The notes below the pieces were generated by a model. That model was not told the DNA's origin. It ran no database searches and saw only the letters and a list, made by a program, of their open reading frames with translations. The translations under genes were made by a program, and so were the position numbers. This document shows, in pieces, positions 46,733 through 59,981 of a stretch of 64,000 bases of DNA; positions within the stretch are counted from its first letter, which is position 1; each line of letters starts with the position of its first letter. The stretch spans positions 1,336,453-1,400,452 of the forward strand of contig ML978122.1 of NCBI GenBank assembly GCA_010015805.1, read 5' to 3'. Source of the DNA: Rhizodiscina lignyota (lineage: Eukaryota).

Positions 46733-49700
46733 GGTGTCTGGTGTAGCACAGGCGTGCCGGCAATGTACAAATGATATTGGCTCTGAAGTAGTAGATAATG
46801 TGAGACGAGACAAATAGAGACTTGGAGCTTTTTATATCTTGAACGGGTAAAATATGTAGAACAAGAGAGCACTCTCGGGAATAAAGTCTCTAGCAATCCA
46901 GAAGGGTGTGCGAAACTCGCCCCCGCAAAGGCCGCCGTGAGCTGTTGGTATGATACGGCACGCTTGGCCCCATTCAGAGCGCCTGGAGGATACTTATGCT
47001 CATGCTCATCCTCATCCGCGCTCTCGACATGGTCTCGCCACGATCGGGCGCGGCACCGCCCGCGCGGAGAAGATAAATTTGACTTTTCTGATATCAGACA
47101 TTCGAGACGACGCCATCAGCAGCCAAGGGCAGGCGGTTGGTTGCTCGTCCCGAGCCGGTGAGCCTTGAGGCAATCGAGCTCACGGCGGGCCATCGCTCGA
47201 GCTGCACCCACCGGCGCAGCGCATTGCAGTTGTCGTCTTTTTGCCGCTTTGAGAGTGGAGATGTCATGGTTTTCAATTGGAAGCAGCGGCGAGATTTGAC
47301 AGCTCTAGCTGCATTTAAAACGTTTAGCGTGGCGACGGGCGGCCGTCCGGCATATGCTGGCCTTGTCGACATCGCCTCTGGCTTTGTCTGGGTCCCGCGC
47401 GAGTCGTCGGAATGCCAAGTTGAGCGGGTTTCCGCCCAGATCGAAAGTAGTTTGAAGCGTGCCTGATAGGGCTAATGGGAGATTGATGCGTGTGTGTATC
47501 GAAATATTCGGGCGTACTGTTCGTATGGCGGCCGTGTATGGTAAGGGTTCCGCGCGTCTCCCGCAATCGGAATCACCGGCGCTATTGCTTCTCCCAGCCA
47601 CTTTCGACCTCATGGATCGTTCGTGTCGTTCTTTTCCAGTGAGACGGACATCATTCCACGGACTCTATTCGCGAGTGCACATGCCGGGGATGTCTGGATC
47701 CGTGGATCGCATAGAGAACGGCGATCTGCTCAGGCGTCAGAGAGCTTGCGTTTCGAACAAAAAGCCTCCCACGCGGATCGCCCTAGCCAACAGCGGCGTC
47801 AGTCTCGTCAGCATGAAGTTCCTCGTCGCCGATGCTATTTCAAAGCACTGGAAGACAGGCCGCGAGACCGAAAAGACGATCCGCGTTGCGAACTCTGATC
47901 TCCCGAACGCAAGCAATCCTCCGCGCCGGGGCACTTCATCTACTGTATACGGACCGACTCAACGCTCAGGTCACCTTGCTCTCATGATTCCAAATGCACA
48001 CTCCGTAAGTGCCATTTAAAGAATACGTCCATAATCGCGATGCGTTTGAGGTATTTGTTCCTTTCAGATGCCTATCTTTTGCCATTCGCACGTCTACATA
48101 AGCGCTGAGCTATCGTCATTCGCTTGTCGATTAGCAGCGCTTTGACCCTTGATGGTTGGAGCGAACATTGGTTCGCACTATACTTTCGCAACGAGCCCCT
48201 CGATTGGGCCGTGACGCTGATTATTCTACCCATGGAATATTCTTTCTACGGAACGGGCGATGCACTGGAAGCCGTGTCTCAGATCCTCTACCAAACAGCC
48301 CCAAGTCCCCTGCCTAGCGTTCTTGGGAATGTCCTCTGATCATGGCCTGATATATCAAAATGGATTAATCAGTCGCCGGCCGTAATTGTGAGATCCTAAC
48401 AGCAGGTGAGCTGCCGAAAAGAAAACGAATAATGTATTTGAAACGCCATTGGCGGGTATGTAAGAATTGTTTGAAAATATCCGCCTAAATATACGACTTG
48501 AGAGATAAATCATGCTTGCTACCGGGATGCCTTAAACTATGTGTAGTCGACCATTATTCCCAGCGACAGGCGGAGCTAGTCGTCCTATTGGCTCTGCCCA
48601 AAATTATATGCAGGGATTTAGGCAATGCGTGCCGAAGATCTCGGCACGCGTTGCCAGCATGAGACTCATGCTCAATGCTGCTGCGCTTGTGAAAGTATCA
48701 CATCAGCCCTGCCTGGCCTGGCGGCTCTCCGAGAGCATGACCCTACCGCAGCACATCCCACCACATGGTGTTCTCCACACTCAAGAGATCTTATCTCCGG
48801 AAGAAGTGCCTGCATGCATATGTATGTACGTATGCCCACCCCAAGCTGAGCTCGGGCATTCTGCATGGCTTTACTGGGTTGCGCGCGCGACTCGCGTCTA
48901 AGTCTATAAGTATCGTGCCTTGGCACACTCTTTCTCGGAACGACGCATTGCTGCTGTTTCCTTGGCACTCGCGATGCCAGGTACTCACTGGAGCACTAAA
49001 GTGCGGAGCTTGCAGGTCAAAGGCAGCTTCGTGTCTCGACAGAGCTGATGAGGAGCAGCAGCTCTGGCTGGAAGCCATGGGTTGGATGTGATTGCCAGGG
49101 GGCCACCTCCCCAAGCGCATGAATGCCCCGCTCAAGCGTGCGGATTCGTTGTCTGCAGTGGATACTCCCCTTGGACATGGCAGCACAGACCGCCGTCTCT
49201 TGGTGAGCACATATAAAGTCTCGCTGCGGAAGACTACACACCAGCGGTGACAATGGCGCGGTGGGTTTTATCCACCACGGCGCCGATCGATTTTCGTTGA
49301 ACGCGCGGATTCGTTTGATGCACTATATTACTGGGCGAATCAGCTCTTCCTGAGCTCCTGGGAACCAGCCTATTGGGACTGGGATCGGACCGATTGAGAA
49401 AGAGGATATCAACCGCATTCCCTGTATTTGTGGAATCCCCACGGATGAGCATAAGCCAATCCATCGTCGAGGGATGATGTCAGTTGGACCAGCTCCTCCG
49501 TGGCTTGAATCCTGAATGTCGCTTTGATCAAATGTGTAACGCTGCGGTCGATTGCGGCCCGCCCCGCTATCTACGTATGTAGCACCCGCTCGCTCTCTAC
49601 TAAGGTTACCCAGAAGGACACGATTTAACATCAAGTCGAGCTCACTATGTTTTCCTCCGGGCAGAAGCCACTCTAGAACCCTTCGAGAATGTTCCAAGAA

Positions 49701-51967
49701 GGGATATGGTTGTACCATCATCCCTTTTCAGTATGGTGCGCAATCTCGTGCGAGAAGTCGGATAGGCGTGATGCCGCCGACAGCATGATCAAGATTCCGA
49801 AAGAGCTCCGAAAGAGGCGACAGCCCGATCGTCGTAAAGATCGCGGTACCGATTATCTTGACCCCGTGAGATACTCAAACTACTCCGCTTAGCACGAGAA
49901 GAGTTCCGAAGCCTGTAAATCGCGGAGACAACGCGCGGTACCTGCACATTGATGCAGTATCTCAACCTCCACGAAACTTCTGAAGATTATTTTCAAGCCA
50001 AATAAACGCAAAGAAGCATACCCCGATCTCGGACGATTAAGCGTTACCAACCGTGCGGTTCTTCGAGATCGGCGATCGTCAGGAACAACACCGATCCCCA
50101 GGATGATGCACGTCATGTGCCTTGATACGGAATCAAAGCTTCCATACATGTAAAGTATCTCGAGCGAAATCCTGATATACATATCACTAATCGCGCCGGA
50201 ATAGCAGGGAGGGTGTGTAAAAGCCAGCGCTCTCATGGTGATGCGTTTAAAGGCCGCCAGGATCCGCTCAGTAGCCCGATTACCCTTATCTTGAACTGGT
50301 GGTGTGACCGTTCGACCTTTCTTGCCACTATAAGCAAGGGATAACTTAGCTGAGGTTATTGACGACACCCGGCAATTGACAATGATGACGAGCCTGTCAA
50401 AATTCTTCATGCAAGACGATGAAGCAAGGCAGAAGCAAGTAAGCTGGTCCCTACCAGAAGCCAAGGAGAAGTACCGTGAAAATAGATGACCATTCAGCAG
50501 AAACAGGTCAGACAACAGCTTGGAGTTGAGTGCGATGGTTCTTGGGACAAGGACTTCCTGTGGTGCGTCTTAATGACTGATGGCTTGAATGGCTTTTGGG
50601 ATCTAAATCAGGAATAAGATAGACTCAACCGCCATCGCCGCATGTTGACAATCTCGAACTCGAAAATAAAATCTGAAATTTGTCTTGGAAGGACTCGTTC
50701 GAATCATATTATTCGTTGGACATGGTACGGTGCAGAAAGCTAGTAGATTCGTGAGTCGGGGAAACTGAGCAGTGCTGCATCGCAACTTGATCGAGCAATC
50801 AAAGAAGCGAAATGTAGCATATTCAGAATAATTGACAGCCGGGACGAAGTCTCGAAATTATAGTATGTTTGCTATAGCTCTTCAGCGGTCCTTACTGGGA
50901 TCGGAGTAACGTCCGGGCTCCTTTTCTTCATTATTATCGTTCCAGCCTTGTGGAGTATCGAAAATGGCCAATCATAGAACAAATCGCAGCTTCGAAAAAC
51001 GGCGGAGGTCAACTGTCGACCACGGCATGCATGCCAAATGCGACGAAGGTAAGGTGGCGCTACGGAGACACTTGCTTCTGCGCAGGTGCTCTTAGTCCCT
51101 CAACGGTGGCAGAATTTTTGATGGGAAATGGGAGCCTAATTGAGACTCCTGGTGGTGGAATGCCCGCTCCCAAAACGCTAGAACCTAAAGAAAATTAACA
51201 ATTGGCTCGCAGGAGACAAAAATGCTTGCAGGCACGAATCGGATGAAAGTCCCAAGAGAGGGATTGTTGGTTTGACCCAAAGGCGAGGTCCGCATGCACC
51301 TCCGACTGGCTCGACGCCAGATTTGGAAGGAGATTTTGCTTTCATAATCCCCATTACGAGGAAAGCATGCAACAGGACATTATAAAGAGGCAATCGCTTT
51401 CGAGGAGAAGAGCAACGGGGAGAGTTCGATATGGCAAAATCAAAAGACATACTAGACGGACAGCGGTGAAGAGGCTGAGGTTCTTAAGATAGAACTTACA
51501 GTAAGGAGGTCGGCAAGTGCCGTGGCCGAGACTCCGTCACTCCGCTTCGCCAGCCATGTTCTCGTCGAATTCGAGTTTCGGTATGCAGTTCACCGTCTTC
51601 CCTGCAGCGACGTCCCCTGGCTGCTCTTCCCCAACATATTGTGGGGCAGATGGATCTCTCCTCAATCCACGAGACACCGATACTTTGATGTGATCCCTTA
51701 GTGGAGGTGATCATGGTGCTCGATGCCCTTCCTTCCAGTCAACGCGTCAACCTCCGCTCCAGTACCAGCTGTGTGGATCCGAGAGCGAACGCACAAGACG
51801 TCTTCTCGCCCTAGTCGAAAACCAGTTTTCAGTCATCCGGAGCACAGCTTACATTGCGATGCAGTCAGGAGAAACAATTTCATGGCTCCTTCGAATCTTC
51901 GTTCTCGACGGTAGCAGTTCAACTTTGTAGTTCCTCTTCGAGTCATAGCCATCGACGGCACTCCACA

Positions 51968-52978
51968 ATGTCCGATGCGTACAAGTGCTTCAGCTATCTC
52001 AAAGAAAACTCTCCGAGATGGCTGTCGGATCTGTCGGGCTTGGAGAAGCACGTTGAAGACAAACAGACGGAGATATCCCAGGCAGAGGATTGTCCTGCTG
52101 AGTTGATTACTCTACCTGTTCGGAACGGATCAGTAGCCTCAATCAGAGAACGAGACATCTCAAGTGGTTTCCGTGGCGCTCAGAGCAGTACGGATAGGTC
52201 AACACAATCACCAGAAGATTCCGCACATCCCTCCGCCTCTCGTCGTCGAAATGTCCTCATAAAACGAAAGAAACCATCCCCATCGATGCTGACAGACAAT
52301 ATGTCAGGTCCGCCGAAATTTCGAACGCGAAGCATGATCATAGTATATTACGACGCCGAGATTCAAAAGGCCTTCGAGAAACTTGTTCGTGAAATTGGTA
52401 ATGGGAGACACCTCATACGGAAAGCGAAAATGGCTGCACAAGCAGAAGCGTTTTCTGCAGGAATAGATGATGATGAACTAGACGGGATAGCTGATGATGC
52501 TGTTGCCTCGAGCATGAGAGTGATGAGTTTCAGGCGCACCACGACTGCAGCTTCACGAAGCAATTTGGCGTGTGGAGACAGCAGTCTGAATCTGTCTGCT
52601 TTTGAGCAGGTGGACAAAGCTCTTGACAAGGCTCAAAGCCTGTGCGAGAGAGCTGCTCACCAATTCCTCAGGGATGGTGATTGCAGGTTGGAAACAGAGA
52701 GCGCAAAAGAAGCCTTCCAAAATGTACTTGAGAGAAGCACGGAAGAGCTGGCTCTGTTAGAGTTGAAGGAAAAGACATCTAGCGGGAAAGATTCTAACAC
52801 AAATGCCACTAGCCAATCGAGCAGCACCAAGCTTGGCGAGCCACAGCGTAGCGGCGACGTATCGTCCTCTGGTGTCTTCGCAAATATTGAAGTCGACGAA
52901 GATGAGGAGCAGATGCCGGTCAAGCTACCGACTTTACGAATGACGTCGAGAATGGGACCACGGAAAGGTCCAAATTAA
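51968..52978 (+). CDS. Fungal hypothetical protein, 336 aa
   Basis: From ATG 51968 (cacaATG); helical blocks RTRSMIIVYYDAEIQKAFEKLVREIG and DKALDKAQSLCERAAHQFLRDGDC separated by disordered linkers. Confidence 0.85.
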   Translation: MSDAYKCFSYLKENSPRWLSDLSGLEKHVEDKQTEISQAEDCPAELITLPVRNGSVASIRERDISSGFRGAQSSTDRSTQSPEDSAHPSASRRRNVLIKRKKPSPSMLTDNMSGPPKFRTRSMIIVYYDAEIQKAFEKLVREIGNGRHLIRKAKMAAQAEAFSAGIDDDELDGIADDAVASSMRVMSFRRTTTAASRSNLACGDSSLNLSAFEQVDKALDKAQSLCERAAHQFLRDGDCRLETESAKEAFQNVLERSTEELALLELKEKTSSGKDSNTNATSQSSSTKLGEPQRSGDVSSSGVFANIEVDEDEEQMPVKLPTLRMTSRMGPRKGPN

Positions 52979-53534
52979 CAGCTCATCGGTTTACCAACTT
53001 GAAGCTCAGTAACGAAGAGAAGCACATGGTCAAGTCTGTTCTGCAGCCATAGAGGATTGCATCTACGGAGTATCCAGAGCAATTGCCATTCTATTTTGTT
53101 TGCATGAAGCGCGGGAGTCACGGATGTTGACGACTGTACTATAGTGAGCGTGTTCAACACGATACTGAGTAACAACAGACGACAGACATTTTCACACTCG
53201 TAGACCTTTATTTGTCCCTTTGTAAGGCTCACTTGAATTCGACGCGTGGGAAAGGCTTTCAGGGGCTCAGTGTCCCACGGTGTTGCCTATGTCAACCTAC
53301 TGCGGTCGCTCCTGCCTTGTTTATCCCTCTCTCACCACTCACAATTTCTGACGCGTCCAACGTGTCTCTTTCACAACACCTCTCTTCACCCTTTACCCTT
53401 TCACCTATTCTCAAGACCCGAACTTCATGTCAATCTTTTAATCTATTCACACTCCCCACAACCAAACTCGTGCATTTTGCTTTGGAACCTCTCGGGGAAG
53501 CAGTCCTACGTCAAGCCGGCTCTCAGTGACAATC

Positions 53535-55993
53535 ATGTCTTCACCTCGGCACGATAACGACGAAGATGAAGGCTCCTCCCACTCCAGTGCCGATCAAGAT
53601 ATGGACGATCTCATTGAGTCCTTAGGCGAGGTATGTAATCACAGCCAACCTCATCAAAGACTAAAACATTTTAGAAACCTGTCACAGCAGAGAAGCCTAA
53701 GGCCAAGAGATCATTCCTGCTCGCTGGACTTTCTCCTAAAGACATTATTGCGATCGACGACGACGAGAACGATGCCGCAGATGACAGCCCTCTTCCAACA
53801 CCCGTCCCGACCTCCACGCAACACCACCACGCGACACGGACGCGTCTCCATGGTAGAACAGATACCGGCGGAGCGTATGATATGAAATACCATCCAATGG
53901 ATGATGTGACGCGTCCAAATCGACGCGCAAAGCGAAACCGGGCCGGCACAAGCTCAACAATGAAGCCTGACCTGGACAGTGACGATGATAGTACGGTGAG
54001 GGATGATGATGAGGACAGCGAGGCTATGGATCTTCCATCAAGCTCAGGTGACGAAGTCGAGATGCCTCAGACACACCGCCGAAATGACTCAGAGGGCACG
54101 CGACGTTCTTCTCGTTCTTCAACTCAGAAGTTTGTCAGCTATGATATAAAGAAGCATCCTCAGGACAAAGAGCTGAAAAAAGCTGGCATAATATCTCACC
54201 GGATGGGAAAACATGCCAAACCTTCGAAGCGCGCACCACAGCGCAGAAAAATTGCAAATCACTCCATGACCGATGGCACGGTGGACAGTCCAAACCAGCC
54301 GATGCAAAGCACCCCGATTCCGAGCACGGAACTACATCACTCCAAGCCTCTCCTTTATGTGGCGGAAGGTTTCGACTATTTGGGCAAGGAACCAGGAAAT
54401 CTCTACCGGCCTAACAAGAACGACAATGTGTACACTGGCCCAGAACCTCGTCCTGGCGACAAACATCGATTTGCAAACCAGTTCCAGTCTGTTGGTCAAA
54501 GCAGTTTGTCCGCTTTTAACTCTGACAACACCGAGGCTGAAGCAGACCGGAATGCTTTGCAGGGATTAGATGAATCGGGGCCAGTCGAACCTGATTTCGA
54601 GGATGATGGTGCTATTCCCTCAGACATTGAAAACGAAAGCACCGGTGGTGATGTGTCAGTTGATGAAGATGCCAGTTACCAAACACCTCTTCCTAAGAGA
54701 GAGCCTTCAGATGAGCCGCAAGCGCTATACTTGGTGCCGCCACGAAGCACTGCACCGTTTCCCAAGAGCTCTCGATACAGTCGCGAACGTGCAATCCCTG
54801 ATTCGGAGCCTGATCGGTCAGACTTACAACCTCGAAATAGAGCAAGCAGCCAAGAATTAGGAAGCCCCATTGTCGAGCATGTCGATGAAGAGCCTCTCCA
54901 TGAACACCTCTTTCAGAATCGCATTGGCGTGTCGATGCCCCAGCTGATGTTGCACCCAGAAGAAGCTGCCTCTTCCGAAATGTCTCATTCTCGTTCCGAC
55001 CCGGACAACCCGATTTCATCATCCTTGCCGTCTGTAGAACAGTTGCTGTACTCGTCTGCACCGTCCGTCGACCAGCCTAAAGACATTTCACGGCGCAAGA
55101 AGCGCCAGAGTCAAGTTGACATCTATGAGGATCCGGTCGAACCTGCTAAGACCTACGCGGTTGCAGTTTATACTGCAATGGTCAACGTGTCTGCTTCTCA
55201 GAAGGAAAACTATTATGGCCCTGAAGATGGCCCTGAAGATGGCGCAGATGATGACCATGGCACCGGACCTGGCAACCTTGACATTCCTCAGGCCGTTACG
55301 ACTGCCAGGCAAGCGTTGGTTCAAGCAGAAACATTCGATACGAACGGTTCGAATAATGAGGGAAATGGTTTGGCCCTCCCAGAGGAGGATGGCGCAAGAC
55401 CAAATCCGGATGTGTCAGTAGAAAGCGATGACAGGACTATAGCTGCCCGGAGCTCGCATGGTTCCGCGGGTGTAGATTGGTTTGGAGGTGGTCTGGACGG
55501 CTCAGCGGACACTCCTACACCGCTGGATCATCAATCTCCGGTCACAAGATACTCAAGCTCGTTCACCCCTATCAATGCTGGTACAGCTCTTCAGACGAGT
55601 ACACAGAACCCCAACGCTGAAGTTGATAGCTCTACTTATGGAAGACAGGTGGCGATACCTTCAACACCCAGAAGGCGAGTCAGATTGGGCAGCGAGACCT
55701 ATACGCCCGGACAGCTGGCCGCTTTGGTGGATGATTTGGTAGATGATGTGATTGGGCCGCGGTCCCAATTACCACAGCACGACTTCGTACCGCAACAGGG
55801 TAGCGAAACTCAGCCGGCTGAACAAGGAGCAACACAAGGTCTGCCAGATCTCGATCAACATCCTCCAATGCAATTGCACGTCACTCCATCTCAAATGGCG
55901 ATCATTTCCACGGCCAGGACAAAGATCGCTGAGCGCAAAGAACTGCTTACCGCCCAATTTGACGGACTGAGCTCATCACAAATCTCTACATGA
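53535..55993 (+). CDS. Largely disordered acidic hypothetical protein (2 exons)
   Basis: Exon 53535-53630, 44-nt intron 53631-53674 (GTATGT...TAG), then a continuous frame into the 703-aa ORF. Contains YDMKYHPMDDVTRP. Confidence 0.78.
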
Positions 55994-58131
55994 AAAGCCA
56001 GAAAATTCATAACAAGAATTTGTCTCGTCCCGACAGTTTATGTTGGAATCATTCTGGCCTCGTATTGCTACACCATTCCCCCCTATATTTCTTTTTCCCT
56101 GACGGTTTTGCGGAATACCTGGTTCGGTGTAATTCATGCCCACATATTGTTGCTCGGACAATCGTGCCTATCGTGGCGTATATGGAGTGCTGCATCTTGC
56201 CTTTTTTGCTGTTTGCTGAAGAAAAGCGTTGTTTTCCTTTACAAAAGTCTATGAGCGGGGATGCCTCGGATAGTAATTGCAATGTTGCAGGACAAAACGA
56301 GTCTCGGTTGCTTGTATGATAGGTCATTCAGAATAATTCGAAAATACGGATCCTGCTGAGTATCTCGCTCTTTGTGTCTCATGTTCCCATCACGCAGGAC
56401 CAGTCAGGCCGCGAGGCTTGAGGCTTGCTTCAAGAATGACTCGTTCAGGCACTACGATAACCTCTGCGACTACCTACAACACGTGCTGATAGGTATAGAC
56501 ACTTGCTTGTATCGTTAGAGACTACAGCTGCGCGCTTCCGCGAAATACGTCGCAAAGGAGCGATATTGAGCTCTCACTCACCACTCAACCCTAGTAAGAA
56601 GCTCGTAATCTAGATCAAGCTAGATTTGCAGCCTTTAGCGCAGCTTTCAGCTGCGTTCAGGTCGCATCCAGAGGCAGGAATTGCCAGTTGCGTAGTTGCG
56701 TAGTGTCCGCCTTCTCTCAACAGAATCACTTCGCCTCAGCCACGTGTAATAGCTCGTTCAGGGTTAGACAAAGCGGGTCCGCACACGCTACAGTCATGGA
56801 TCCAACCGTCTGTTGCAGATGATCAAATTCAGACGCTCAGTAGCGGTGCCTGTTCCATGACCGCGATCTCGATCGGTGCTGTGGCTGACATACAACTTAA
56901 GTATAACCGAGTACGATCATGTAATAGTTCCGTGGTATTTGCAGCTCTTGAGCACAAGCCTGAAAGAGAAGCTCTAAGGTCATTTATGATCTGTGTCGCT
57001 TTGACATTCTCGATTGATTGATTTCTTCCCCGCTCTTAACAACATAGTAGAATGTTGAGAAAGCACAGTGAGCTACGAGAACTTCATTGGACTGTTCGGA
57101 AAAGCTGATTGTTGCTGCAAGTTGCTCGTTTGGAGCGATCGTTCAAAGCTGGAACTTGGCAGATGCAAACGGATCATCTAAGCTCGAGACCGTGATCGAA
57201 TTGAGAAGCGCGAGTACGACAAGCGATCTACATTCAGCGCTGCATGTCGCATCGCGAGCCTCGTGATCTATGATTTGAGGTCGCAAGCTGAAATGCGAGC
57301 TCGGTATCTCGGCCAAGGATTTGAGCTGAACAAAGATGTCGGGATTGTCGCAGAGACCTTTCTATTGTCACCCGGACGAAGTCACAACCCCTGAACCTCC
57401 ATGTAAATATGCAAGGCCTTGAAGGAAGTGGGGCTAGCCCGAGCGGGCGGACTCCACCGGCTAAGCCTAAAGAGGGTTCAGCTTCATGTTCACCGTCCTC
57501 GCTTAGACTCCTGATGGGTCTCTACATGCATATGTATGGCTTTTTGAGAATCCCATTTTCGACGATGCACTTCTCTTAGTACTCAGCCCGTCAACAGATG
57601 CGGTATGCGATTACGCTTCTCCGCACTTCCGCCATGCGCGGCCGAGGTGTGCCCTACTTAACTCGGCTTCTTGGCCAAATGTCAATGCCTGCCAATCGAA
57701 CCTCAAACGATCAAGAGAACTCTGCACATGTCTATCGATTCAGAAGCCTCGCCACTCTGAGGTTCTCTTTCAGCTAGCCACAGTCTTGAACGTCGCTGTC
57801 ACTAACGTGCTCAGATACATCAGAGGGTGACGCATAGACCGACTTCGAGCAATGCTCCCCAGCTGCAAGTCCCGCCGGCTCCACAGCTTTCGTTACAATG
57901 AGTTGCCCTCCGTCCAATGGCCCTCGTCCTGGCATGTCTTCTCCCGCTCTATTGTTGAGCGTTTTTGTCCCCAGGAGTAGTTCCTTTACAGGGCCGAGTC
58001 CACGGGTCAGCTATCGAAGCAGCTTGGTAATACCAGTATCTGGGGATCCCTTATCGCCGATACAAGACGAGGATACAGTGCCGATGCGGCATCATCGCCT
58101 CTGAGACCATGAAGATCGTGCCAGGCGGAAG

Positions 58132-58569
58132 CTTTCTGCTCGCGAGGCTCTGCGGGGTCAAGGACATCGGGAAACACTGGGTGCCATACGGCAGCTTAGA
58201 GACGTGCTGCTATAGCGGGCCAGATATCGATCAGCGGAAGAGACATTCAGAACACTATCAATGCCCTGTCCAGCACAGTATGGCGAAGAGCACGGCACAA
58301 CACTTGACGCAATGCATGGCCTCGGCCGAGTTTTGGACTCTCAAGCCTTGTATGGCAAAACTAAGAAGCTACACCGCAAAAATCTAGATGGCAGCAAGCA
58401 GGTTCTCGGGGCAGACCATTCTCCCACACTAACGTACATGGTCAACATGGTGGGAGTGCTGAATAGCCAAGGCAAATAGCAGAGGGTAGAATCGCTAAAC
58501 AGGCAAGAGCTGGCAGTGACGAAGTGGTTGCTCGGAACAGAGCATCCAGACACGCTGATGAGCGTCTAA
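58132..58569 (+). pseudogene. TPR-repeat (kinesin-light-chain-like, NLR-type) gene remnant
   Basis: One frame reads ...GQGHRETLGA...LL*...YGEEHGTTLDAMHGLGRVLDSQ...VLGADHSPTLTYMVNMVGVLNSQGK*...LLGTEHPDTLMSV*. These are 42-aa LG.EHP.TL repeats interrupted by TAG at 58213 and 58477. Confidence 0.8.
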
Positions 58570-59325
58570 AGATCATAGAACATTCCTGTACCTCAGCCGC
58601 ACCTGAGTATACGTAGGTAGGTGTCAACTCTTATCAGTCAATTTTGTCTGCATGAATGTCCGATTCCGTGGATAGACTGTGGCTGATATACATATGACTT
58701 CAATTTAGACGGAGTATCACAGACTTTTGAGCTCTGAGATGTATAGCTTTTCTTTCTTAGAGGTCCTCGCTAAGGCTTGTTCAACCTGCATCATGTTCGT
58801 CGCTTCTGGCCGTGGGCCCGTGCATCCATACCTCTGAGGCTTTGCCTCCGCTCAAACTTCTATGCTTTGTGACAGCTGAAATACCAGGTCTGCATGATGA
58901 AGACCGACCTCGATTCTACGAGCTGGCCAACGAAAGCTTTGCCCGCACCATTCCTCCTAGGCTTGCACAGCACTTTGACCGACTCTTCGATCACCATGGC
59001 CCGAGTTACAACGTGCTGGACACCTTGGGACCATAGTATGCGTGAAAACCTTGCATGCTGTTATCATGTCCTGGGCCTTGTGACCACGAGCAAAACTGAA
59101 GGATCTGCGATTTGCTTGGCTCCTGGGACCAGCAATGATCCATTCATGGCGCTATCGAAGACAAGGTCGGCGAGTGTTAGCAATCGCGGTTGAAGCATAA
59201 ATAGACTGCGTGTTACCCTTCAATCTTGGGATCCGTCCCATCAACTTCCATCAGTCTCACCTGGATCCCAAATCCAACTACAGTCTACGCCCAATCGATT
59301 AAGCCGAACAGAAAACACGCACAAG

Positions 59326-59981
59326 ATGGCTGATGCTGTATGTCGCTTCACGATGGAACGGTTACAATAGGCTTACCTCTAATCTATCTAGCCTCCTTCC
59401 GCTCTTTCGACCGTGGAACTGAGCAATACGACATTTGTCTTTTACGTCAACGCAGATGGCTACATCGGGTACCTCAAGGGCCCAGCTGATTCTGCCAATA
59501 CCAAGCAGACGACCGTGTACAGCGAGCCGCAGCTGGTGAAGGTTGGTTCCGAAAAAGTCCAGGTTTTCGAGGGATTCGAGCATTTGGGTGCTATAGCCTA
59601 TAACGAGAAGCAAGTAAGTTCTCCGTGGCACTATAATAATGCTCATCCACACTGACCATGTGAAAATAGATGCGCGTCTATTACGTTGCAAAAAATCCAG
59701 ACAATAAGAAACAGCCTATCTTAAAGGAAATCTGGTCAGATGACGTGGGTACGACTTGGAAATATGGAGCGCTTGGAGACGACATGAAGTATTCTGTGAT
59801 GCAGGGATCAGGTATCAACGCCGTGGTCTTGCCGGGCACGAACGAACTTAGGGTGTACTTCACCTCGGATACGAATAGGAGCCTTGCTGTTGCTTGGATG
59901 CCAGCTATCGGAGATCTTCATGCTGGCGATTGGAATCTGGCCGCAAAGCTGCGCAGCGTAAAGGACAGTTGGAATGTATGA
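59326..59981 (+). CDS. Small beta-propeller protein resembling fucose-specific lectin blades, 181 aa, 3 exons
   Basis: Exons 59326-59337, 59392-59613, 59670-59981 (GTATGT/GTAAGT donors, phase 0). Three related units: TFVFYVNADG, MRVYYV..ILKEIWSD..W.YG.LG, ELRVYF..W. No signal peptide seen. Confidence 0.72.

Noticed and set aside
47459..50515. 186-aa (+, 47459-48019) and 208-aa (-, 49889-50515) ORFs
   Set aside because: Non-ATG starts, atypical composition and no family motifs.
56900..57300. Possible Clr5-like N-terminal remnant of the TPR pseudogene
   Set aside because: Similarity too faint to assert by eye.
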